Below, piece by piece: positions 19,594-31,946 of a stretch of 64,000 nucleotides of DNA. Both the position numbers and the translations under genes were made by a program. The notes below the pieces were generated by a model, which saw only the letters and a list, made by a program, of their open reading frames with translations, did not search any database and was not told the origin of the DNA. The DNA comes from an uncultured Lachnospiraceae bacterium (lineage in GTDB: Bacteria; Bacillota; Clostridia; UBA1381), in assembly GCA_964399965.1 (NCBI GenBank), contig CAYNRX010000006.1:2588-66587 (forward strand). Direction: 5' to 3'. How positions within the stretch are numbered: the stretch's first letter is position 1; each line of letters begins with the position of its first letter.

Positions 19594-19830
19594 AATAATC
19601 CCATACCTTTCTTCCCACATACATTTAATATACTTCTCTCACTCTAATTGTGGGTCTGCTATACTCTAATTTTTTCCAATTCTATATTCTATTATAAGCG
19701 TACCGGGGAAAAAAATCAAGCCCAATAACGCCGAAGTAACAAACGATTTAAGGAAAAATATTGTGCATAATTCTTTATACATTCGGTTGATTATATAACG
19801 TATCGTATGGCAAATAAAGAGACGATAGGC

Positions 19831-20712
19831 TTACATAACTATATTTTTCAGCGTGCCTATTTTTTCTATGCTGCATTCAACAGTATCGCCCGGCTTTAAA
19901 AACCTCGGCGGATCGAAGCCCATGCCAACGCCCGAGGGTGTTCCCATGGAAATTATCGTCCCTGCCTCTAATGTCATACCGGCGGAAAGCTCGGCTATAA
20001 CGTGCGCTATACCGAATATCAAAAGCGATGTGCGGCTTGACTGGCGCAGTTGGCCGTTGACGCGGCTTTCTATGAGCAGGTCTGGCGGAAATGATATCTC
20101 ATCAGCGGTGACGATACACGGCCCCATGGGTGTGAAGGTATCAAGGCTCTTGCCGAAATACCATTGCTTATGATGTGTCTGGATATTGCGGGCGCTTATA
20201 TCGTTTATTATAGTGTAGCCGAAAATGTATTTCTCTGCATCTTCAGGGCGGACGTTTTTGGCGTCCTTGGCGATAATGACGGCTAGCTCCGCTTCATAGT
20301 CGAGACTGTCTGTAAGGTCGGAATGCGAGAGGATAACGCCTCCGGGAGCGGTAGCTTCATTGGTGCGCTTGGAAAAATATATCGCATATGGGCGTTCGCC
20401 GCCGAAAGCCTCGTTTTCGAACCGTGCGGCTTCCTCGGCGTGAGCCATATAATTTATACCCAGGCAGATGACGTCCTGCTTCGGACGGGGGATAGGCGCA
20501 TGTATAGTAACATTTTCGCTTGATATATATTCTCCTTCGCCTGCTGCGAGTGATGATCGTATAAGCTCGAGCGCGTCTGTCCCGGCATCTATCAATGAGT
20601 TCATATCGGTAACTCCGGGTAAAAACTGATCTACCGGAAAAACCTTGCCGTCTGTAAGTACGGCGGCAAATCTCCCGGGGGTGCTTGCAAGACTGCAAGT
20701 AATAAGTTTCAT
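19831..20712 (-). CDS. Fumarylacetoacetate hydrolase (FAH) family protein
   Basis: The C-terminal FAH fold pattern (DYEAELAVII, GTPSGVG). ATG 20712 is 7 nt after GGAGG. Confidence 0.8.
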   Translation of the reverse strand: MKLITCSLASTPGRFAAVLTDGKVFPVDQFLPGVTDMNSLIDAGTDALELIRSSLAAGEGEYISSENVTIHAPIPRPKQDVICLGINYMAHAEEAARFENEAFGGERPYAIYFSKRTNEATAPGGVILSHSDLTDSLDYEAELAVIIAKDAKNVRPEDAEKYIFGYTIINDISARNIQTHHKQWYFGKSLDTFTPMGPCIVTADEISFPPDLLIESRVNGQLRQSSRTSLLIFGIAHVIAELSAGMTLEAGTIISMGTPSGVGMGFDPPRFLKPGDTVECSIEKIGTLKNIVM

Positions 20713-20739
20713 ATCCATACCTCCTCGTTATTTTCTATT

Positions 20740-20953
20740 TAGTCAATTGCGAAACTTTTTTCGCAATTGATTTCTGGCTAATGAAGAAAATAAAAGTTCC
20801 GTTGATTGGCGGTCTGCGACCGCTGAAACTTTTATTTTCGCAATTTTTGACGCGCATGTCGTCAAAAATTGATTGTAATTCGAGGGTTTCACCCTCGAGC
20901 TCCTCAGAATGAGGAAATAATTGTAAAACGCTGCCGCGTTTTGCAATTATCTG
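20740..20953 (-). mobile_element. MITE-like element, copy B. It is 214 bp and lies in the 5' leader of the FAH-family gene.
   Basis: Flanked by a perfect ATTTTCTATT repeat at 20730-20739 and 20954-20963. It has both terminal hairpins. Confidence 0.85.
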
Positions 20954-20960
20954 ATTTTCT

Positions 20961-20989
20961 ATTATATACCAATTTGGAATTTTTTGCAA
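20961..20989 (-). promoter_or_regulatory. SigA-type promoter of the FAH-family gene, directly abutting copy B
   Basis: On the minus strand: TTGCAA (20989-20984), a 17-nt spacer, then TATAAT (20966-20961). The -10 overlaps the right target duplication by 3 nt. Confidence 0.5.
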
Positions 20990-21043
20990 TTGGTTTTTAC
21001 GGTGTAATTTGTCAAAAAACCGCCGCAAGTTTATGTGACGAAT

Positions 21044-21077
21044 AAAAAAAGCCGCTCCCCGATAGGGAGCAGCCCGG
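21044..21077 (-). terminator. Intrinsic terminator after rplT
   Basis: On the minus strand: GCTGCTCC / GGAGCGGC stem followed by T7. Confidence 0.65.
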
Positions 21078-21084
21078 ACACTCA

Positions 21085-21438
21085 TTATAAAGCGGCCTTT
21101 GCAGCCTCTGTCAGCTTTGTAAAAGCAGCCGGATCGGCGATAGCGATCTCGGACAGAGCCTTTCTGTTGAGCTTGATGCCGGCCTTTGTAAGACCGTTCA
21201 TGAAAGTAGAATAGTTCATGCCGTTCATCTTGGCGGCTGCGCTTATTCTTGTTATCCACAGGCGTCTGAAATCACGCTTTCTGCGCTTTCTGCCGATGTA
21301 GGCGTTCTGCATGGAACGCATTACAGCCTGGTTGGCCGTCTTGTACAGCTTGCTTTCGCCTCCGCGGAAGCCCTTAGCCAGCTTTAAGATCTTGTTGTGC
21401 TTTTTTCTTGTATTTAAAGCGCCTTTAACTCTTGCCAT
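21085..21438 (-). CDS. rplT: 50S ribosomal protein L20
   Basis: A 117-aa ORF starting [26 protein letters not shown]. Confidence 0.97.
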   Translation of the reverse strand: MARVKGALNTRKKHNKILKLAKGFRGGESKLYKTANQAVMRSMQNAYIGRKRRKRDFRRLWITRISAAAKMNGMNYSTFMNGLTKAGIKLNRKALSEIAIADPAAFTKLTEAAKAAL

Positions 21439-21486
21439 AATTCAATTTCCTCACTTTCAAAATCGTCTTTTCCTAAATTTAGGGAA

Positions 21487-21684
21487 TTATTTGTAAGGTA
21501 TCAGCTTCTTGATAACAACAGCGTTCGCCTTTGAGCAGTACGCCTGCTTTCTCAAGTGTCTTTTTCTCTTGGTGGTCTTTTTGTTGAGGATATGTCTTCT
21601 GAAAGACTTATTCATCTTCACCTTGCCGTTTTTTGTAAGGTTGAATCTCTTAGCGGCGCCTCTGTGTGTTTTTATTTTAGGCAT
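21487..21684 (-). CDS. rpmI: 50S ribosomal protein L35
   Basis: [14 protein letters not shown] with an AAGGAG SD. The track ORF is extended upstream. Confidence 0.95.
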   Translation of the reverse strand: MPKIKTHRGAAKRFNLTKNGKVKMNKSFRRHILNKKTTKRKRHLRKQAYCSKANAVVIKKLIPYK

Positions 21685-21706
21685 AATGTCCACTCCTTTT
21701 TCTAAA

Positions 21707-22237
21707 TTACTTCTTATCCGAATTTTGTACCGTGGGCGCAAGATACATTATCATATTTCTGCCCTCGAGTTTGGGCTTTCTTTCCACTGTGCCGAAATCC
21801 TTCGCCGCCTCGGCGAACCGTTCCAAAAGCTTCTGTCCCAACTCGGAATGACTTACCTCGCGTCCGCGGAACCGTACCATGACTTTGACCTTGTCGCCGG
21901 CCTTTAAAAAGCGCATCGCGTGCTTGCACTTGGTATTAAAATCGTTGGTGTCTATAGATGGTGAAAGCTGCACTTCTTTGACGCTGATGGTCTTTTGGTT
22001 TTTGCGGTTCTCTTTCTCACGCTTTGCAAGTTCAAATTTATACTTACCGTAATCCATGATCTTGCATACAGGCGGTTTGGCCTGAGGCGCGATCTTGACC
22101 AGATCCATCCCTTTGTCGGCTGCCATGTTAAGTGCCGTCCTGGCGTCCATTACTCCAAGCTGGCCGCCGGTGCTGTCCACCACGCGGACCTCCCGGTCAC
22201 GGATCTGCTCGTTGATTTGCAATTCATTCCTGGCTAT
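21707..22237 (-). CDS. infC: Translation initiation factor IF-3, probably with an ATA start codon
   Basis: [14 protein letters not shown]...[11 protein letters not shown]. In-frame ATA at 22237-22235 lies 7 nt after GGAGGG and gives (M)[12 protein letters not shown]. The track start is TTG 22222, which has no SD. Confidence 0.85.
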   Translation of the reverse strand: MARNELQINEQIRDREVRVVDSTGGQLGVMDARTALNMAADKGMDLVKIAPQAKPPVCKIMDYGKYKFELAKREKENRKNQKTISVKEVQLSPSIDTNDFNTKCKHAMRFLKAGDKVKVMVRFRGREVSHSELGQKLLERFAEAAKDFGTVERKPKLEGRNMIMYLAPTVQNSDKK

Positions 22238-22408
22238 GGTAATTCCCTCCTACGCTTCCCTTATAAAGGGTTATTTTGTGCATAAAAAAACGGATGACGC
22301 AAAGTCAGCCGCATACGATACACTTCCGCCGACAGGGGCGGAAAGACCATATTTACCACATTGTCTTTCAAATGCGGTGAGAGCGATGTGACTCTGCTTG
22401 TTTTCGTT
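22238..22408 (-). promoter_or_regulatory. infC-rpmI-rplT leader, probably an L20-responsive attenuator
   Basis: A leader of about 170 nt lies between the promoter and the SD. It contains a terminator-like hairpin plus T7 at 22284-22311. The operon context matches the Firmicute L20 leader. Confidence 0.45.
22284..22311 (-). terminator. Leader (attenuator) terminator upstream of infC
   Basis: On the minus strand: CGGCTGAC / GTCATCCG stem (one mismatch) followed by T7. Confidence 0.5.
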
Positions 22409-22415
22409 CTTTACT

Positions 22416-22444
22416 ATGATACCATATTTGCGCTGCGGTGTCAA
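22416..22444 (-). promoter_or_regulatory. SigA-type promoter of the infC operon
   Basis: On the minus strand: TTGACA, a 17-nt spacer, then TATCAT. Confidence 0.55.
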
Positions 22445-22587
22445 GTATTTTTTTGAGAAATTTTTATGTAAGGGAAAGTTTACGTTATTTTTAGGAAAAA
22501 GCTATAAAAATATTAGATTTTACTATTGTAATTTTGCCGGATATGTGATATTATTATATAAGCAAAATATAAAAAGGGGGAACCACA

Positions 22588-23820
22588 ATGGCAATTCACG
22601 TTATTAACGAAGCAAAGCGCTGTTTAAATTGCAAAAAGCCTATGTGCCGTGAGGGATGTCCGATCCATACGCCGATACCGGATATGATACATACGTTTCT
22701 GGAAGGCGATATAAACGCGGCAGGGAAGATGGTATTTGAGAATAATCCTCTCTCGGTCATCTGTTCGCTTATCTGCAACCACGAAAACCAGTGCGAGGGT
22801 CACTGCGTCCTTAACCGGAAAGGGTCGCCGGTGCATATAAGCAGCATAGAAAACTATATCTCGGAAAATTATTTCGACAAGCTGCGGTTCCCTGAGATCA
22901 AAAAGAACGGTATGCGCGTAGGCATCATCGGTTCAGGCCCTGCGGGGATAACGATAGCGGTGATACTTGCCCGGCGCGGCTATGATGTGACGATATTTGA
23001 GGCAAAAGAGAAGATCGGGGGCGTTTTGCGTTACGGGATACCGGAATTTCGTCTGCCAAAGTCGATACTCGATAAGTACAAGGAAAAGCTTCTCGCCCTG
23101 GGGATAAAGATACGCCCCAATACGTCTATCGGTACCGGCATCGGTGTGGATGATATGTTCCGCGACGGCTACAGCGCGCTGTTTATCGGCACCGGAGTAT
23201 GGCGGCCGAACACGCTGAAAATAAAGGGCGAATCGCTGGGCAATGTGCATTATGCGATAAATTACCTTACCAATCCCGACGTTTACGACTTGGGTAAGTC
23301 GCTGAATATAATCGGCGCCGGCAACTCAGCGATGGACGTGGCCAGAACGGCTCTAAGAAAGGGCTGCGAGAAGGTCACGGTATTTTCAAGAAACGATCAT
23401 CTGGCAGCCAGCCCGCGGGAGGTCGATTACGCAAAGATCGATGGCGTAGAGTTTGTCGTTCATGTGGAGCCGGTAGAGATAGTGGACGAGGGAGTTATCT
23501 TCGTTGATCTTGAATGCGATGGCAGAGGGCATCTGTACCCAATAAAGGGCACGGAGCGGCTGTTCCCGGCGGATTCGACTATTATTGCCATCAGCCAAGG
23601 CCCCAGGGATAGGATCATTTCCACCACCACCGGCCTGGAGGTCAATGAACGCGGGCTGTTGGTAACGAATACATACGGCGAGACAACGCGCGATGGTATC
23701 TTCGCTTCGGGAGACGTTGTGCGCGGGGCCAAGACCGTGGTGGAGGCTGTGGCCTATTCTAAGCAGGTGGCCGACGCTATGGACGAGTATATGCAGTCGC
23801 TCAAAGATAAGAAGGAATAA
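22588..23820 (+). CDS. NAD(P)H-dependent oxidoreductase, glutamate synthase small-subunit (GltD)-like, with an N-terminal Fe-S cluster region
   Basis: Cys-rich N-terminus CLNCKKPMCREGCP and two dinucleotide folds, GIIGSGPAG and IIGAGNSAMD. Confidence 0.75.
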   Translation: MAIHVINEAKRCLNCKKPMCREGCPIHTPIPDMIHTFLEGDINAAGKMVFENNPLSVICSLICNHENQCEGHCVLNRKGSPVHISSIENYISENYFDKLRFPEIKKNGMRVGIIGSGPAGITIAVILARRGYDVTIFEAKEKIGGVLRYGIPEFRLPKSILDKYKEKLLALGIKIRPNTSIGTGIGVDDMFRDGYSALFIGTGVWRPNTLKIKGESLGNVHYAINYLTNPDVYDLGKSLNIIGAGNSAMDVARTALRKGCEKVTVFSRNDHLAASPREVDYAKIDGVEFVVHVEPVEIVDEGVIFVDLECDGRGHLYPIKGTERLFPADSTIIAISQGPRDRIISTTTGLEVNERGLLVTNTYGETTRDGIFASGDVVRGAKTVVEAVAYSKQVADAMDEYMQSLKDKKE

Positions 23821-23850
23821 AAAAATCCTGAGTGTTTTAAAAAATTTGTC

Positions 23851-23879
23851 TTGACAAAAGGGATAAAACGTGATATAAC
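23851..23879 (+). promoter_or_regulatory. SigA-type promoter of the thrS T-box leader
   Basis: TTGACA, a 17-nt spacer, then TATAAC with a TGn extension. Confidence 0.55.
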
Positions 23880-23880
23880 A

Positions 23881-24147
23881 CTATCAAAGGCTGTGAAAAA
23901 GACAGTAGCGACCGAGGACGCCGTACAAGAGAGAGAGCATCGCGGCTGGAAGTGCTCTTTGCGGTATCGGGCGTGAACACCACTTTGGAGCCGCCGGCTG
24001 AAAGGGAGACCGATTAAGCTGCGCCGCTGCGCCCGGCGTTATGGGATAATGAAGCAATAAATCGGGGTGGAACCGCGCGTTCACTAAGAATAGTTCTGCG
24101 CCCCCGGAGAAGATCAGAGTGTTTTCTCCGGGGGCGTATTTTATTTT
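23881..24147 (+). promoter_or_regulatory. T-box leader (threonine specifier)
   Basis: T-box motif AATCGGGGTGGAACCGCG at 24060-24077. Candidate specifier ACC followed by A at 23979-23982. Terminator CCCCCGGAGAA / TTCTCCGGGGG plus a T-run at 24101-24147. Confidence 0.85.
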
Positions 24148-24189
24148 CTCACGGTGGGAATACGGAATGTTTAAAAAGTGTAATATAAT

Positions 24190-24470
24190 TTTAAATAATT
24201 GTAAAACGTGATAGCGTTTTACAATTATTTCCTTGTTCTGAGGAGCTCGAGGGTGAAACCCTCGAATTTCAATCAATTTTTGACGACTATGCACCGCGCA
24301 AGATGGCGCGGCCGGCAGCTTGCTGCCGGTTTTTGCGGAGCAAAAATGCTGAAAATGCGTCAAAAATTGCGAAAATAAAAGTTTCAGCGGTCTTTAGACC
24401 GCCAATCAACGGAACTTTTATTTTCTTCCTTAGCCAGAAACCAATTGCGAAAAGGTTTCGCAATTGACTA
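24190..24470 (+). mobile_element. MITE-like element, copy C. It is 281 bp, the longest copy, and lies between the T-box terminator and the thrS SD.
   Basis: Flanked by a perfect TAATATAAT repeat at 24181-24189 and 24471-24479. It has both terminal hairpins and a 72-nt expanded loop where copies A and B have 7 nt. Confidence 0.85.
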
Positions 24471-24501
24471 TAATATAATATCAGGAAAGAGGTTATCAAA
24501 A

Positions 24502-26250
24502 ATGGAAATGAATGAATTGCAAACGTTAAGACACTCGGCCTCCCATGTGATGGCGCAGGCTGTAAAAAGGCTCTTCCCCGAGGTCAAGCTGGCGATCGGC
24601 CCGGCTATAGACAATGGGTTTTACTACGATTTCGATACCGATCATCCGTTTACAAGAGACGACCTTGACGCTATTGAAAAGGAAATGAAGAAAATAGCCA
24701 AGGAGAATCTTAAAATAGAGCGTTTTGAACTGCCGAGGAACGAGGCACTTGAGCTGATGAAGAATGAGCCGTACAAGACGGAGCTGATAAACGAGCTGCC
24801 GGAGGGAGAGACGATATCGTTTTATAAGCAAGGCGAATTTGTCGACCTGTGCGCAGGCCCGCATGTGAATTACACGGGCAAGATAAAGGCTTATAAGCTC
24901 TTGAGCGCAACCGGCGCATACTGGCGCGGCAACGAGAAGAATAAAATGCTGCAAAGGATATACGGAACGGCTTTCGCCAACAAGACGGAGCTTGAAGAGC
25001 ATCTGACCGCCCTTGAGGAGGCTAAAAAGCGCGACCATAACAAGCTCGGCCGTGAGCTGGAGCTGTTTACGACATCGGAGCTTATCGGCCAGGGTCTGCC
25101 GATACTCCTGCCTAAGGGCGCAAGAGTCATACAGACGCTTCAGCGTTTTGTGGAGGACGAGGAGCAGAGACGCGGCTGGCAGTTGACGAAAACGCCGCTG
25201 ATGGCAAAAAGCGATCTCTACAAGCTCTCCGGCCACTGGGATCACTATAAGGAGGGCATGTTTGTGCTGGGTGACGAGGAAAAGGATAAGGAGGTATTTG
25301 CCCTGCGTCCTATGACCTGCCCGTTCCAGTATCAGGCGTATTTAAACCGCGGACGTTCTTACCGCGATCTGCCGATGCGTCTTGCTGAGACCTCAACGCT
25401 TTTCAGAAACGAGGCCTCCGGCGAAATGCACGGGCTTATACGTGTACGCCAGTTCACGATTTCCGAGGGGCATCTGATGTGTACGCCGGAGCAGCTGGAA
25501 GACGAATTTCGCGGCTGCTTGGAACTTGCGATATATATGCTTAAAACGCTCGGCCTTTACGAGGACGTATCTTACCGCTTCTCCCAGTGGGATCCCAATG
25601 ACAGAGATAAATATATCGGCACCGAGGAGCAGTGGAACGAGGCTCAGGATACGATGCAAAAGATACTCGACCACCTGGAGATACCCTACGTTATAGGGGT
25701 AGGAGAGGCTGCGTTCTACGGGCCGAAGCTCGATATCCAGATAAAGAATGTACACGGTAAGGAGGATACACTGATAACGCTGCAGGTAGACCAGATGCTT
25801 GCTGAAAAGTTCGGTATGGAATATGTCGACAGGGACGGCGTGAAGAAGAATCCGTATATAATCCACAGAACGTCCATAGGCTGCTATGAAAGAACGCTGG
25901 CTCTGCTTATCGAGAAATATGCCGGAGCCTTCCCGACCTGGCTGGCGCCGGTGCAGGTGAAGCTTTTGCCGATAGCCGACAGGCACGCCGACTACATGGC
26001 CGATATAAAGCGCAAGCTGGCCGACAAAGGCATCCTGCGTACAGAGCTTGACGACAGGAGCGAGAAGATAGGCTATAAAATACGTGAAGCGCAGCTTGAG
26101 AAGGTGCCCTATATGCTTATCGCCGGCGATAAGGATATCGAGGCCGGAGTGGTATCTGTGCGCTCAAGAAAAGACGGCGATATAGGCTCTATGACGATAG
26201 ACGAGTTTATAGAAAAGATAACCGAGGAAATAGAAACAAAGGCCAGATGA
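24502..26250 (+). CDS. thrS: Threonine--tRNA ligase (582 aa, apparently without the N-terminal TGS domain)
   Basis: ATG 24502 follows an AGGAAAGAGG SD. It has LRHSASHVMAQAV editing-domain and class-II motifs, and a T-box with a Thr codon lies upstream. The track extension from 24445 lies inside the repeat. Confidence 0.9.
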   Translation: MEMNELQTLRHSASHVMAQAVKRLFPEVKLAIGPAIDNGFYYDFDTDHPFTRDDLDAIEKEMKKIAKENLKIERFELPRNEALELMKNEPYKTELINELPEGETISFYKQGEFVDLCAGPHVNYTGKIKAYKLLSATGAYWRGNEKNKMLQRIYGTAFANKTELEEHLTALEEAKKRDHNKLGRELELFTTSELIGQGLPILLPKGARVIQTLQRFVEDEEQRRGWQLTKTPLMAKSDLYKLSGHWDHYKEGMFVLGDEEKDKEVFALRPMTCPFQYQAYLNRGRSYRDLPMRLAETSTLFRNEASGEMHGLIRVRQFTISEGHLMCTPEQLEDEFRGCLELAIYMLKTLGLYEDVSYRFSQWDPNDRDKYIGTEEQWNEAQDTMQKILDHLEIPYVIGVGEAAFYGPKLDIQIKNVHGKEDTLITLQVDQMLAEKFGMEYVDRDGVKKNPYIIHRTSIGCYERTLALLIEKYAGAFPTWLAPVQVKLLPIADRHADYMADIKRKLADKGILRTELDDRSEKIGYKIREAQLEKVPYMLIAGDKDIEAGVVSVRSRKDGDIGSMTIDEFIEKITEEIETKAR

Positions 26251-26310
26251 TTCACCAAAAAGCCTCCCCGTGCATATGATACGGTATTCCGAGCGGGGAG
26301 GTGGCTGCAA

Positions 26311-30120
<3,810 letters not shown>

Positions 30121-30126
30121 AGAAAA

Positions 30127-30165
30127 ATATCCGCGTACCTTATAAAACGGGCGCGGATATTTTTT
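30127..30165 (+). terminator. Intrinsic terminator after the amidohydrolase gene
   Basis: ATATCCGCG / CGCGGATAT stem followed by T5. Confidence 0.65.
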
Positions 30166-30304
30166 GCCGATTTGCAGAATGGGGAAAATTTGCGAAAGTA
30201 TAGATTTTTGGCTTGAATATTGGACCGGTATGGTGTATAATAAAGGTAAGTCCACGGGCGGCGGCGCGCCGTCCGCAGCTTTTAAAACAGGGAGGTAAAC
30301 TCAA

Positions 30305-31318
30305 ATGAAAATTTTGGTAACAGGCGGAGCCGGATATATCGGAAGCCATACCTGCGTGGAGCTTTTGAATGCCGGTCATGAGATCGTAGTATTCGACAAT
30401 CTGTATAATTCCAGCGAGAAATCTTTGGATGTTGTTCGCCGGATAACAGGCAAGGATTTCCCGTTCTACAAAACGGACATGCTCGACTATGACGGACTTG
30501 AGAAAATATTCCAGGAGAACAAAATAGATTCCGTCATCCATTTCGCCGGTCTCAAGGCGGTGGGCGAATCGACACAGATCCCGCTGACCTATTATCACAA
30601 CAACATTACCGGTACGCTTAATCTCATGCGTCTGATGGAAAAGTACGACGTAAACAATATCGTATTTTCCTCGAGTGCGACCGTTTACGGAATGCCTAAG
30701 ACAGTGCCCATCACCGAGGATTTCCCGCTGTCCACCACCAATCCCTACGGCTCGACAAAGCTCATGATAGAGATGATAATGAAGGACGCCTATGCGGCCA
30801 ATCCCAAGCTCAGCATATCGCTCCTGCGTTATTTCAACCCCATAGGCGCACATAAGTGCGGCGATCTCGGGGAGGATCCTAAGGGGATACCCAACAATCT
30901 GCTGCCGTATATTGCCCAGGTGGCTGTAGGCAAGCTGGAAAAGCTGAGCGTATTCGGCGACCAGTATCCGACCAAGGACGGCACAGGCGTGCGTGATTAT
31001 ATCCACGTTGTCGACCTGGCGATAGGCCATGTAAAGACGGTGGATAAAAAGACTAATGTCCCCGGCGTACATATATACAATCTGGGAACAGGAAACGGGT
31101 ATTCGGTATTGGATGTAGTCCATGCCTTTGAAAAGGCCTGCGGCAAGAAAATACCCTACGTTATAGCGCCAAATCGTCCCGGCGATATAGCTGAATGCTA
31201 CGCCGATCCCACAAAAGCTAAGAATGAGCTGGGTTGGGTCGCCGAGCGCGGCATCGATGAGATGTGCGAGGACAGCTGGAGATGGCAGAGCAAGCATCCC
31301 AACGGCTTTAACGAGTAA
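30305..31318 (+). CDS. galE: UDP-glucose 4-epimerase
   Basis: [15 protein letters not shown], the YGSTK catalytic motif, 337 aa. Confidence 0.92.
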   Translation: MKILVTGGAGYIGSHTCVELLNAGHEIVVFDNLYNSSEKSLDVVRRITGKDFPFYKTDMLDYDGLEKIFQENKIDSVIHFAGLKAVGESTQIPLTYYHNNITGTLNLMRLMEKYDVNNIVFSSSATVYGMPKTVPITEDFPLSTTNPYGSTKLMIEMIMKDAYAANPKLSISLLRYFNPIGAHKCGDLGEDPKGIPNNLLPYIAQVAVGKLEKLSVFGDQYPTKDGTGVRDYIHVVDLAIGHVKTVDKKTNVPGVHIYNLGTGNGYSVLDVVHAFEKACGKKIPYVIAPNRPGDIAECYADPTKAKNELGWVAERGIDEMCEDSWRWQSKHPNGFNE

Positions 31319-31336
31319 AGACATTTTCTTTGTGAA

Positions 31337-31392
31337 TAAAAATACCGCCTGTATACCGCGGGCTTTGAACCGCTGGTATACAGGCGTTTTTA
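31337..31392. terminator. Bidirectional terminator between galE and the convergent gene
   Basis: A 12-bp stem CGCCTGTATACC / GGTATACAGGCG with an inner GCGG/CCGC stem. An A-run lies on the left and T5 on the right. Confidence 0.75.
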
Positions 31393-31394
31393 TT

Positions 31395-31946
31395 CTACAT
31401 TTTAAGAAAATTCCCAATAATCGTTTTTCCGTCGGGCGTAAGCGGTGACATTAGGTCAAAATTGAGTGCGAACACATTATCATACTCCTTCGGCTTAGAC
31501 GCTACGACCTCGCCCTCGGAGGGCTGCTTGAAAGCGCGTATGGCAATGATATCGCCTGCCTCCGACCGCGACATGCAGTCAAGCATGGCCGGGCGGTTTT
31601 CATCGGTAAGCGCATAGGGCTTTCCTCTGGCGACCTTTATGACGCTTTCCAGCTCTACATAGACCGGGCTGGTGGCGTCTATAACCGCCCATTCCTGTGC
31701 GCCCTCGTCGCAGGATATCTCTGCGACCTCTCCCCCGAAAGCAAGCGCGACAGCCTTGTATCCGTCCAGTATGCCCAAGACCGGCTTGCCGGCGGATACG
31801 GCTTTTGATACCGCCTCCGCAGCAGCCTTTGTGCCGGCGGTGACGATCAACTTATCGGCTTCCTCGACAGGGATATCCTCCTTGAGCTGTGCGCCCTGTT
31901 CTTCGATAAAGCTGCGGTATTTCTCGTTTCCCAAAAATAAGATCAT
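31395..31946 (-). CDS. Class-I glutamine amidotransferase-like protein (TrpG/PabA-like) lacking the catalytic triad
   Basis: Collinear by eye with TrpG/PabA. GVCLGHQ is replaced by GILDGYK and FHPES by FDLMS. Confidence 0.5.
   Translation of the reverse strand: MILFLGNEKYRSFIEEQGAQLKEDIPVEEADKLIVTAGTKAAAEAVSKAVSAGKPVLGILDGYKAVALAFGGEVAEISCDEGAQEWAVIDATSPVYVELESVIKVARGKPYALTDENRPAMLDCMSRSEAGDIIAIRAFKQPSEGEVVASKPKEYDNVFALNFDLMSPLTPDGKTIIGNFLKM

Noticed and set aside
24238-24270. A hammerhead-ribozyme-like CUGAGGA followed by a hairpin and GAA occurs inside the repeat element.
   Set aside because: Four extra nucleotides separate CUGAGGA from the helix. The nucleotide after GAA is U rather than the required A, and no stem III or cleavage-site arrangement fits.
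24445-24501. An N-terminal extension of thrS from TTG 24445 is given in the ORF track.
   Set aside because: The extension is encoded by the terminal hairpin of the repeat and the target duplication. ATG 24502 has a proper SD.
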